From: Antechinus flavipes
Lineage: Eukaryota
DNA: 64,000 nt
Assembly: GCF_016432865.1 (NCBI RefSeq)
Contig: NC_067398.1
Span: 489,366,001 to 489,430,000, forward strand
Reading direction: 5' to 3'
The translations under genes and the position numbers were made by a program. Below the pieces are notes generated by a model that was given only the letters and a program-made list of their open reading frames with translations, did not search any database and had not been told where the DNA came from. The first letter of the stretch is position 1, and every line of letters begins with the position of its first letter. Below, in pieces: positions 53,041-63,829 of this stretch.

Positions 53041-53914
53041 TTGTTATTTATAAAGTACATTTAGAGGTTATTTAGTTGAAGCTGTTTTGTTTTTTACAGG
53101 TGACAAAATAAATTCAAAATAAATTATATAATTGACTTTCACTAAATAAAATCAGGATTTTAAGTCATGTTCTCATTCTGTCCTATGTGCTCCAAAACTA
53201 TGAAATTAATTTCTAGTTATTATAAATGTATGTGTTTATGTGTATACATATATATCTATATGTGTATATATAATATGTGTATGTGTATATGGATATCTAT
53301 TTACTCAGGAAATTACATTTTGCTACTTTTGTAGAATTTCACCCTGATCAATCATAGTAGAATCTCTATTTTGTAGGTAGCTGCCGAACTTCCACTGCAT
53401 TATATCTCTTATTTTAATGACTTGTGTAAATCTTCCTGTTAACTAAGCAGAAGAGACATACCAGCAATAACCAACTTCTTATTCTGAAATCTTTGCTTCA
53501 ATTCTTTTCCTTTGTTTTCTTGGAAGTTCAATATGCAAGGTACTATATGCTCTATTAAACTTAATGGTATGCAAGACTGAATACAACAGGGCTTCTGAAG
53601 GAGTCTAGATACAAAAAAAAGATAAGTGTACAAATAAATATGATATATATTTTGCCCCTCTGTATTGGAATTATAATTCAGGGACCAGGACTCAGTTTAC
53701 TATGCTTTTTAAATCGTTATAGAGGACTTGGGTTGGAGAGGCTGGCCATCCTTCTAGCTATTCTACCAACTTGGTCCCCCCTTGGCTTGAATTCTTCAAT
53801 ATTTACTATTATGGAGCTTATAGTTCACTTTTGTTTAAATAGAAAAAGATTGTTAAATTTAGTGTGTTTAAGGAAAAAAGAGGAGGGGAGTTTTGCTTGT
53901 TAAAGAGTCATCTA

Positions 53915-54125
53915 GGGGCAGCTAGATGGCCCAGTAGATAAGAGTTCTGGCCCTGGAGTCAGGGGAACTAAGTTTAAATCTAGCCTCAAATACTTAATAC
54001 TTGTTAGCTTTGTGACTGGGCAGATTGGTTAACTCCAATTGCCTCACAAAATAAATAAATGAATAGATAAATAAATGAAAAAATAAATATAATAAAATAA
54101 AAATAACCAAAAAAACTAATTTTAA
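53915..54125 (+). mobile_element. WSINE1-type SINE with expanded A-rich tail
   Basis: GGGGCAGCTAGATGG...CCCTGGAGTCAGG...CCAATTGCCTC then (TAAA)n. Confidence 0.85.
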
Positions 54126-54959
54126 GAAAAGTCATGTACTCTTTAATAAGAATAAATAAATAAATAAATGGAATTATAATATTTAAATCATTAAATAAAA
54201 ATAAAGAATAAGTAAATAAAAGAGTTTATATTTAAAGACTTATTACCATTAATTAACTCTAAACATGGTTTTTGAGAATGCCCATGAGCTTAATGTTTTG
54301 GGGTTTTCAATTTTTGATTTTAATTTTTCAAAGGTAGACAACCAAGTGCAATGGATTAAGATTTTCATAGATTTTATTTTTGTTTTGCTCTGAGAAGAAA
54401 TGCAGATCTCTGTATCAAACTTTAAAAAGATTTCAATGTATGTCAACTCTGGTAGTTATGAATCTATTCAAAAGTAAATGAAATATGTGCCATGTGTTGT
54501 AGTAGAACTTGATTTTTTAAAAAAAGAAAATTTTGATCAGCAAAACTTGTGACAAGTTTATTGAGACAATAAATGCTTTATTTACTAATTGGGCCATTTG
54601 GAAGATTTGTTTGTACTAGAGATCTCTAGTGAACATAATCCAAATTATAGGCATAATGAATCTTACTGACAAACTTGTAATGCTTTCCAGTTATATATAT
54701 ATATATATTTAAAATGTAATTAATTGAAAAATGTAACTATTCATATAATATATTTAAACTACTGATATGTGACAAAATGATGACCTTGAAGACAGACACA
54801 CGAACACCCATACATACATACACACACGAATTTGAGACAGGCTCTTTTCCATAAAAGCAACAAGAGTTTAAATTCATCAGATTTTAATGATTCACTCTCA
54901 CTCTCCTACCATCTCTCCCCTTTCTCCATTTATAATTATTATTTCATTTGGTTTTCACA

Positions 54960-55130
54960 ATAACCCTGGGGGGCGGAGTATGTGCCATTATCTCCATTTA
55001 TAGTTGAAGAAACTGAGACAGAGTTAGATGACTACCCAAGATCATGAGCTAGTTAACTTAGTAAACAGCAGTTCAGGTCTTGCTGACTCTAGGCTAAGCA
55101 CTTTACCCACTGTACTACCAAGCTGCTTCT
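54960..55130 (-). mobile_element. MIR fragment
   Basis: TTATCTCCATTTATAGTTGAAGAAACTGAGACAGAG...CTGACTCTAGG. Confidence 0.7.
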
Positions 55131-55689
55131 ATATTTGATTATATTAATAGAAGCAATAATAAAATATAGCAATAAAAACCAATCCTGGATAGATAGGTTT
55201 CCTCTAATCACTACCTAGAGACTGAATCTCTTATTGTATTTTGTATTTTATGTAAGTTGTAGAAAGAGCTGAACTTCCCTTTACCCTGTGCTATTGAGTA
55301 ATATGCGGTGAGCATATACTTTTTGCTGAGAAACTACATAGCTCCAAGAAAATAACATTAAAGTGATGGTTCTCAAAATTATCTTAATATATAATATTAT
55401 ACTAGAAGGAAAACTGATTCTGTCAGAGGTCCCAGATTGAAAATGCACTTCTGTCCACTACTCATCTTAAGACTTTGGTCAAGTCCGGGAATGCCCCTTC
55501 TCTTCAATTTCCTTATTGTAAAATGATCAGTTGGCAATAGTTACCTCTGAGATCCCTTCTAGCTTTAGATCTAGAGTATTCATTAATTATTTTGAATTTA
55601 AATTATATTGTTGTCAAAGGATCAATAAATACTAACAGTAGTGTTACATTTTTTTAAGTATGAAAAAATAAGGCATTTTCCTGTGCTTA

Positions 55690-55819
55690 TTTTGAAGAGA
55701 GAGCTATCCAAGCTCTCCATTGTTGTAAGAAACAGAGAGGTTATGCCTGTTGCTAAATTTGACAATCACCACATGTAAAGCACAGGTTCTCTGTGGTTCT
55801 GACAGCAGCAAAACTTTTG
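55690..55819. repeat. Left arm of long inverted repeat (pairs with 58065-58203)
   Basis: Hand alignment: 55690-55783 vs 58203-58110 complementary at 91/94; 55785-55819 vs 58099-58065 complementary at 33/35. Confidence 0.97.
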
Positions 55820-57364
55820 GACATCCCTTTATATCCAAAGCAGTTAGATACAGCAAAACAATAAATGCATGGATGGATAAATTCATAAATAAGTAGTAGT
55901 TGAATTACTCTTTAATTATAATTATTGATTTTCAATAATCATTAAATAGAATAAATGAAAAAATTATGAAGCCCAAGAAAACCTTTTTCATGTTATAAAT
56001 GGAAATTGCATGAAATATAGTTTTTCCAGTATTGAATTTTTTGGAGGGGTTAGGAGAGAGTTGTTCTGTCTCTTGAATCTCCATGAAATCATTATGAAAT
56101 TGAATTCTAAACAGTTTCATTAATAAATCAAGATATCTAGAATCTGAGTCACATCTTATACCCCACATTTAGTGCAAAGTGGAAGACTTTTTTTTTAAAT
56201 GCTGAGGGATATGCAGCTCTGTAGGACAGGCATAAAAGATGCTAATCTTTGACTTATGTTATGTGATTTGTTGAATATAGCCAGTGTTCTGGATGTAAGG
56301 AAAATAAAATTATCAATAATTTAGAACACAGTTCCTGCTTTTTGTTATACACATTTATTTATTATAACACTTTAAGAACACATTTTTTGGTAGAAATTTT
56401 CAAGTGGTTTTTGCTTTTAATCTTTAAAAGTTTTTTAGGAATAAAATAAGACCATAGCTTTTCTAGATCATTTTAGGGTAATATAATCGACAGGAAGAGG
56501 AAGGAAAAATTAATCATTGTTTATAAAGGTAACAATAGTTTTGGTTAAAGGAAATCTGTAGGTGTAGTTCACAGCAATTCCTTGTTGCAAAGGAAAGAAA
56601 GTAAGTGACAGTCATGGATCATATTGTTCCTTGTATTATTCTCTTGCCATCTTTGCTTTCTTTTTTTTTTTGTAATATTTAAATTTGCTTCCAATTCCAA
56701 ATGTTCAGTGGAACATTTATTAAATTACTTAGGATGTTCAAATCAATTTGCTATGGGTGCAGGGAATTTGAAGTCAAAAAGGAACATTTCATGTCCTCAA
56801 GATGGTTGTGAAATGTATGCTATTAAGTAAATACCAAGTTTTTAAAACCAAGTTAGTTTTTTCAGGGAAGATGGTGAGAATAACAGAGGGCCACAAAGTT
56901 CTAAATAGTAGTTTGTGGTAATAACCAGCTTCTTATGCTATTTCAACATCATCATCTCATCTTTTCCAATCGACCCATGCTTAGAAAAAGACCAGAGCTC
57001 CCAGCAATTATTTGATTGTGGCAATACTTATAGGACGTTGAGGTAGAAGGGACTGATCACCCTGCCCCATTTGTTGATTTGGTGGAAGGGAGGAGTAAGA
57101 TATAAGACATTTATGTGATTAAAATAATTTTGAGAACAAATTTTAATGCTATTTTTTAAGCTATGTATTTTCTCTGCACACGGTATACATATACGGTACC
57201 TTTTATCTTCCCTCAATAGTATAAGGGTAAAAAGGAGTTCACGTGCTTATACAAAATAAAATGGAAATTCAGTCTCTAGGTGGTGGTTAAGAGAAACATA
57301 TCTAGCCTGAGTTTGTTTTTATTGTTATATTTTCTTATTGTTTTTATGAATATAATCATATGTA

Positions 57365-57610
57365 GAGGTAGCTTAATGCAATGGGTAAAATGCTTAGTCT
57401 AGAATCAGGAAGATGTGAACTGAAAACCACCTTCAGACTTTGCCAGCTCTGTGATCTTGAGCGGTCATTTAACTCTGACTCAGTTTCCTCAAGTATAAAT
57501 AAGAATATAGCACCTACCCTCAGGGTTATTGTGAGAACCAAATAATGCTTGTAAAATGCTTAACACAGTGTCTGGCACAAAGTTAATATTATATAAATTT
57601 TAGCTGTTAT
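57365..57610 (+). mobile_element. MIR within the inverted-repeat spacer
   Basis: AGAATCAGGAAGA...CTCTGTGATCTTGAGC.GTCATTTAACTCTGACTCAGTTTCCTCA...GGTTATTGTGAGAA. Confidence 0.8.
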
Positions 57611-58025
57611 CTGTAGCAGTTATGGGCTGCTTTGAATGAGGGCAGTTCCCTAGTGAAGAGTAGAGTTAGGGATCAAAAGAGAAAGTTCCTATCTATTATG
57701 GATAGAGATGAATGTTGCTTAGGAAGAATGGAATCTTCCCCTCTGCCTCCCTCCTCTTGGGAAGGGGGAATGAGGAAACAGGATTGGGGTTCAGGAGATG
57801 GGTACCAACTTTTTCTTTCCACACCAGCACCTAGAGGTTACAAATGCATATTATTTCATGTAACTTTGCCAGGTATTAAGGGGAGGTATCTTGTTTTGCT
57901 TATAATTGTAGCTAGAAATCCACTTAGTGTTAAAATTGCCCTGTGTTCATTTTTTTATGAATAGTATTTGAGATACAGACTGAATTTTTCATAGTACTAT
58001 TGTCTGACACATTTTTTTCCCACAG

Positions 58026-58203
58026 ATGTACCTGCTGTTTTCAGTCAGATATGTCTGACAGAGGCAAAAGCTTTGCTGCTGTCATAACCACAGAGAACCA
58101 TCCCCTCCAGTGCTTTACATGTGGTGATTGTCAAATTTACCAACAGGCATAACCCCTCTGTTTCTTACAAGAATGGAGAGCTTGGATAGCTCTCTCTTCA
58201 AAA
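58026..58203 (+). other. Candidate cassette exon (178 nt, stops in all frames; poison or 5'UTR exon) of an unidentified host gene
   Basis: Branch point CTGAC (A at 58007), TTTTTTTCCC tract, CAG acceptor ending 58025; donor AAA|GTATGA at 58203/58204. Confidence 0.4.
58065..58203. repeat. Right arm of long inverted repeat (pairs with 55690-55819)
   Basis: Reverse complement of the left arm with 5 substitutions and one asymmetric internal loop (10 nt at 58100-58109 opposite 1 nt). Confidence 0.97.
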
Positions 58204-58269
58204 GTATGAAATGTGCTTTTTAGAAACTAGTATCCATCACCCTAACTCTAAAAAAGAAATATGAAGATT

Positions 58270-59250
58270 ACTTAGATGCTCAAAAAACTGAGTTAGAAGG
58301 CATCTCATAAGGTACCTAATCAAACCCTCTCCAAATTTCAGGATCCCCTTCTACAACATTTTTGATAGATGGGCATTTAATTTATTTTTAACTCTTTCAA
58401 TGATAGAAAGCTCATGATCTCCACTTCAAAGGCAGCTTATTCTATTTTTTAATTATCCCTTATCATTTAAAAAAGTTTATTTATCCAAAATTTGGATAAC
58501 TTTAACTCATTGACCCTAGTTTTGCCTTTAGGACCTTTATAACATAATCTAGCCTATATTGTAGTTGCCATAGTCCCTTTATTCTGTAGGCTAAATATCT
58601 TGAACTTCTTCCTAGGATGATATAATTTCCAAATATTTGACTATTTTGATTTCTTGGTGCCACTTCAATTTATCATCCCCCCCTTTAAAACATAGTATTA
58701 AGAACTCAAACATAATAAATATATGTTCTAGTATAACATTATCTTTATTGTTGTTGAACTTGAACTTCATTCCTTCTTAAGCAGAATTAGATTTTTTTTT
58801 AGTATCTACATTTTATTATCATACCACAAAGTAGTAAAATCTCTAAGCTGTTTTATTTTCTGCACATAAACTAAAACTAAAGTTAGGCGTTTTCTTTCTT
58901 GTATTTGTGTAACTGATTTTAAAAAGTGAAAAAAGAAACCACTAAATCTAATTTTTTAAAGTCAACCATATTAACTTTAGTTTTGTTTACTTGGTCCATC
59001 AATGAATCCCTCAAAATCCTTGTTAAAAATATATTTCTTAGACATTGTCGTAGTTATTCCATCACAGTTAAGCATTCTACAAATTTTCATTCAAGTTTAT
59101 GATATGATTTCTCACTAAGAAAAAGAATTCTTCCATCTGTATTAACATCAACCAACACTTTTGTTATTTACATCTTCATTATGGGTCAATCCACATTTCT
59201 CTTGTCTACAAAACCCATGTAGAATAGCATGTAAGGACTGTATAAGCTGA
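58270..59250 (-). mobile_element. Degraded L3/CR1 3' fragments
   Basis: GGATCCCCTTCTACAACAT...TTCAATGATAGAAAGCTCA...AAAGGCAGCTTATTC resembles antisense L3 3' end. Confidence 0.45.
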
Positions 59251-60113
59251 AGCAAAGACCAGTCTTAAAAATCAGGCACTGTGCAAGATAAATTACTTTT
59301 ATTAAGCTTTTTTTTTTTCTGCTTATCTTCTGTTTTGAATGTAAGCCCTATTTATTTCTGTACTTGATGCTTGACTCCACATTTGGTCAGAAACTTGTTA
59401 TATGTTTCATTTCCTCAAGTGTGATTGGGTGTTGGTAAGGGATCTATAGTAATTTGAATTGTTCTTGTGGGTTTGTGAATGAGGTGGTTTGTCTCATGGT
59501 TGTGCATGTTAATAATGTTGAGACTGAAAAGCAATAATCCAATACCATTTGGTGGCCTGTTCATATTCATACCCATCTGAAGACATAAAGCCTTCTATTT
59601 AATAAGCCTGAGCTTGACTGACCTAGACTTAACAACTTTGAAGAGTAACGACTATTATTCTTTGTGTCTCTGTGTAGATTTGTAATTTTTGTTTGATGGT
59701 TTTTGTGTGTGGTTATTGTGGTTGTTTTTTTTCCCTCCTCAATACAAACACAAAAAAAGTAATTTCAAAGCCATTATGACACTTTATAGGAAAATTTTAA
59801 TTTAATTTTTGCCAGTGACTTTGATAACTATTATTAAAATGTTAAAATAACAAATAAGTAATTTTTGTTGTTTTCTAGAAATATAGCAGTTAGTAAAAAT
59901 TCTAATACAAATACTGTTAATAATGTATTATCCCAAGAAATTCACAATACTTTTAAGTTATTATTTTTTGTTCATAAAATCAAAAACTAGCATAAATTGA
60001 TGAAGCTTTTGAAAAAGCACGTGATGTTTTGATTAGTTTTATTCCAGAAATTTTAGAGCTAAAATGAAAGATCGTGAAATGCGTTTTATATATATGTATG
60101 TGTGTATATATAT

Positions 60114-60146
<33 letters not shown>

Positions 60147-60576
60147 AACATTACTTTAAAGATTCAAGAATTTATAATTTCATCTTTATGTGTAGTCCTT
60201 TTATCTGATCATACCCTTTCCACGCCCCATGCTTTCATAGATGATTTACTGAATTTCTCTGGAAAAGAATCACCATTTTTGGCAATCAATGATTGTGATC
60301 TTTCCTTAGTTTAGCTAAGCTAATTCTGGAATGACAACTTCTTCAGGCTCATATGAACATCAAAAACTTTATAAAATGAGATTATCTATTGAGTCATTCT
60401 TATTTTTTGCTGTCAGTTTTAGCTCATTTATGAAGTGTCAAGAAATTAATTATGAGTATCCATGAATTAAATTCACTATACTAGATCATATGGAGCTTAA
60501 AGAGGATAGATGGGGTATAATGTTTTTGCCTAAGCAGTATTTGCTTGACGTAAGCAAAAAAAGTTTATCTGTGATA

Positions 60577-61591
60577 TTTTTTATTATAGCTTTTTACTTA
60601 CAAAACATATGCATGGGTAATTTTTCAACATTGACCCTTGCAAAACCTTCTGTTCCAACTTTTCCTCTCCTTCCCCCCACACCCTTCTCTAGATTGCAGG
60701 TAGTCCAATATATGTTAAATATGTTAAATCCAATATATGTATACATATTTATACAGTTATCTTGCTGCACAAGGAAAATTGGATCTAGAAATAAAGAAAA
60801 AAACCCGAGAAGGAAAACAAAAATGCAAGCAAAGAATAACAGAAAGAGGGGAAATGCTATGTTGTGGTTCATGCTCATTTCCCATAGTTCTCTCTCTGGG
60901 TGTAGGTAATTCTCTTCTTTACTGAACAATTGGAACTGGTTTGAATCATCTCATTGTTAAAGAGAGCCACGACCATCAGCATCGATCATTGTACAGTATC
61001 GTTGCTGAGGTATATAATGATCTCCTGGTTCTGCTCATTTCACTCAGCATCAGTTCATGTAAGTCTCGCCAGTCCTCTCTGTATTCATCCTGCTGGTCAT
61101 TCCTTACAGAACAATAATATTCCATCACATTCATATACCACAATTTACCCAACCATTCTCCAATTGATGGGCAGCCATTCATTTTCCAGCTTCTAGCCAC
61201 TACAAACAGGGCTGCCACAAACATTTTGGCACATACAGGTCCCTTTCCCTTCTTTAGTATCTCTTTGGGGTATAAGCCCAGTAGAAACACTGCTGGATCA
61301 AAGGGTATGCACAGTTTGATAACTTTTTGAGCATAGTTCCAGATTGCTCTCCAGAATGGCTGGATCTGTCCACAGTTCTACCAACAATGTATCAGTTTTC
61401 CTACATCCCCTCCAATCTTCAGCATTATTTTTTCCTATCATCTTAGCCAGTCTGACAAGTGTGTAGTGGTATCTCAAAGTTGTCTTAATTTGCATTTCTC
61501 TGATTAATAATGATTTGGAGCACCTTTTCATATAACTAGAAATAGTTTCAATTTCTTCATCTGAAAATTGTTCATATCCTTTGACCATTTA
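60577..61591 (-). mobile_element. 5'-truncated L1, about 1 kb (ORF2 C-terminus and 3'UTR)
   Basis: ORFs 61298-61588 (KSLLIREMQIKTTLRYH) and 60976-61290 (GLYPKEI...MFVAALFVVARSWK...CPSIGEWL.KLWY) are typical L1 ORF2 C-terminal motifs; T-run at 60577. Confidence 0.95.
60976..61588 (-). pseudogene. Disrupted L1 ORF2 C-terminal remnant
   Basis: Two consecutive ORF pieces with L1 ORF2 motifs; truncated and broken. Confidence 0.9.
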
Positions 61592-61624
61592 TATGATTTT
61601 TTTTTTAAAAAGCTGTTTTTAAAG

Positions 61625-61745
61625 AAAGAGTGGTAAGTTACTTGCCAGGGTCACACAACTAATAAATGATTGAGTGTAGATTTGAACTCAGATCCTTCAG
61701 ATCCCAGACCTAGCACTATATACATTGCACCACCAGCTGCCATCT
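61625..61745 (-). mobile_element. CORE-SINE fragment
   Basis: ACTTGCCAGGGTCACACAACTA...GATTTGAACTCAG. Confidence 0.7.
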
Positions 61746-62109
61746 TTGAATCTTAAGGTCACTTATTATTTGGGACTTAAAACACTTGTGTAATTTACCA
61801 TAATTCAAGAGAACCAAGACCAAATTTGCCAGCATTTTTATCTCCAATGTTTCCTTTAAAAAATCTGTAACCTGTTAGTTTCCATTGCTTTGGATTCTTC
61901 TTTGATACTTTGGTCTACAGAGTAAATTTCATTGATTCATTTGTTTCATTACTAGCAGAACATTCCAGTGTCTTCAGAGGACTTGAAAATTGTGATCTTA
62001 ATATATAATGCCAAGAATCTCCACATTGTTCTAAGTAGATCTACTTAATCAAAAATATATAATTTTGCTAAAGATCTTTGACATTTAAAGTGATGGTTGC
62101 TTCTGGCAC

Positions 62110-62253
62110 NNNNNNNNNNNNNNNNNNNNNNNNNNNNNNNNNNNNNNNNNNNNNNNNNNNNNNNNNNNNNNNNNNNNNNNNNNNNNNNNNNNNNNNNNNN
62201 NNNNNNNNNNNNNNNNNNNNNNNNNNNNNNNNNNNNNNNNNNNNNNNNNNNNN
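62110..62253. other. Assembly gap (144 N)
   Basis: N run. Confidence 1.
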
Positions 62254-62269
62254 TTCCCCCACTTTCTAG

Positions 62270-62460
62270 CTGCTGCTGCTTCTCCTTCTTCTTCTTCTTC
62301 CTCCTCCTACTCCTCCTCCTCTCTATCTTCTTCCTTCTCTTCCTCCTCCTCCTTCCTATCTTCCTCCTCCTCCTCCTCCTTCTCTCTGTCTTTCTCCTCC
62401 TCCTCCTCCTCCTCCTCTCTGTCTTCTTCTATCTCTTTCTTCCTCCTTTTCATTCCCTAG
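62270..62460. repeat. (TCC/TCT)n polypyrimidine simple repeat
   Basis: Read directly from sequence; explains the poly-L and poly-G ORFs at 62097 and 62356. Confidence 0.95.
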
Positions 62461-63499
62461 CTTTTTCTCCTTCTTTCTGTTCAGTAATAGAAGCTTTAAA
62501 ATGTGTTTGCAAATATTTACTTTATTTGTCAATATTGTGAAGATGTGAAGATTCCTGTAAGTGAAATTACTGATTTCTTGTGTTAGAGAAAACACTCAGA
62601 ATTTGTAATCTAATTGTTATTGTGCAAGTATTAATGCTTTGTTTTTAAAATACAGCATTGCTTTTTGTTTTGTTTTTAATGAAAAGAGGAAGCTGTAAAG
62701 GAAAACAATTTCCTTCCTTCAGTTATTTTAATTGTCACTTTTGGGAGGTTTTGTTTAATTTTATATGAGATTCCTTTTTACTATCTACCAGTAGGTGGAA
62801 TTCAATAATTTTTTCAGAATGGAGGCATATATTAACTACCTCTAGAACTTAAGCATGCCTCTAAAGGCCAAATGTGAGTACTACATTTAAATACTTCAAA
62901 TAGATGTTAAAATTATTTTTATAACCTGAAGATTTCTTTTATACTCTTCAATAGGGAAATTTCCTTTTGTAAGTTTGGGTCCATCATAAATGTAATATGT
63001 AATGAAAATTATTATATAGAAAGAAGAGTAGTATCAACTTCTCCATGACACTTCAACAAAAAAGAGAATTAGTAATTATATACTTGTCTTTGTGATGTTA
63101 GAAGAAAAGGAAGATTTTCTTGTTCAAAAGTGAATGTGTTTAGAGAGTTGACACAATTCCATTTATTGCTTAAAGTTTTCTTTTGGAAGGCTAAACTATA
63201 TTAATGTAATAAATGTAAATTTTACAGTAAAAAAAAAAGGTTTGTTTGTTACATATCTCAAAAGTAGAAGAATTTAATAACCTAGAGTAAGAAGTATAAA
63301 TTAGAAAACATGTGAGTTTTATTTTAATTGTGTGTGCTTTTTTATGATTTACCTTTTCATTCTTGTTGCCTACTGCTTTTTGAACTACATTTATGATTAC
63401 TCTTTCTCAATCAAAATTCTGATCCATATTTTATAGCAGCTTAAATTAATGCCAACTGATAAATATGAATCATGGTATATTTCTTTAATTCTGGATAGC

Positions 63500-63690
63500 A
63501 AGGCATTAGGATCTTATTTAAGATTTAGAGTTGTCCAGGACCTCAGAGATCGCCTAGATCAGTGTTTACATTTTACAAATGAGAAAACTGAGGTTCATAA
63601 ATGCAAAGTGACTGGCTTAAGATCTTACAGGAAGTACAAAGCCAAGATATGAACTCAGTTCTTCTGACTCCAAAATACTTAAGGAATTTT
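63500..63690 (-). mobile_element. MIR fragment
   Basis: ATTTAGAGTTG...CATTTTACAAATGAGAAAACTGAGG...GAACTCAG.TCTTCTGACTCCAAA. Confidence 0.75.
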
Positions 63691-63829
63691 GTACTTAATA
63701 ATTTAAGAAAATAATTAATATTGAACCTTTAGAGACTCTTTTATCATGAACTGGAATAGCGATGGCCTTCAAAAATTCTTTCAGGATGGGATAATTTGAC
63801 AAGTTAGTGATAATAATTTTAATGATGAT

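Noticed and set aside
53378-53443. Terminal exon VAAELPLHYISYFNDLCKSSC after acceptor TTTTGTAG
   Set aside because: Unrecognised peptide and no independent support.
58051-58152. Short ORF MSDRGKSF...QCFTCGDC as a zinc-knuckle protein
   Set aside because: 33 codons and lacks the CX2CX4HX4C spacing. Its UAA stop would need double A-to-I editing to be read through.
58173-58203. Naming a gene from the peptide MESLDSSLFK
   Set aside because: I do not recognise it as the N-terminus of any protein, so no symbol is assigned.
55682-58218. The long inverted repeat as TIRs of a DNA transposon
   Set aside because: No symmetric TSD (TGTGCTT lies 1 nt from the left arm but 8 nt from the right). No transposase remnant in the spacer, which contains an old MIR. 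The arms are far longer than typical mammalian TIRs. A Dfam search is still needed to exclude this fully.
43720-61591. Oppositely oriented L1 3' ends as a special dsRNA system
   Set aside because: About 16 kb apart, diverged, and a routine consequence of L1 abundance.
264-63652. The 60-147 aa ORFs in the supplied track as genes
   Set aside because: Short, rich in Leu/Ile/Phe as expected from AT-rich DNA, no recognisable domains, and many overlap repeats or N gaps. Only the two L1 ORF2 remnants are meaningful.
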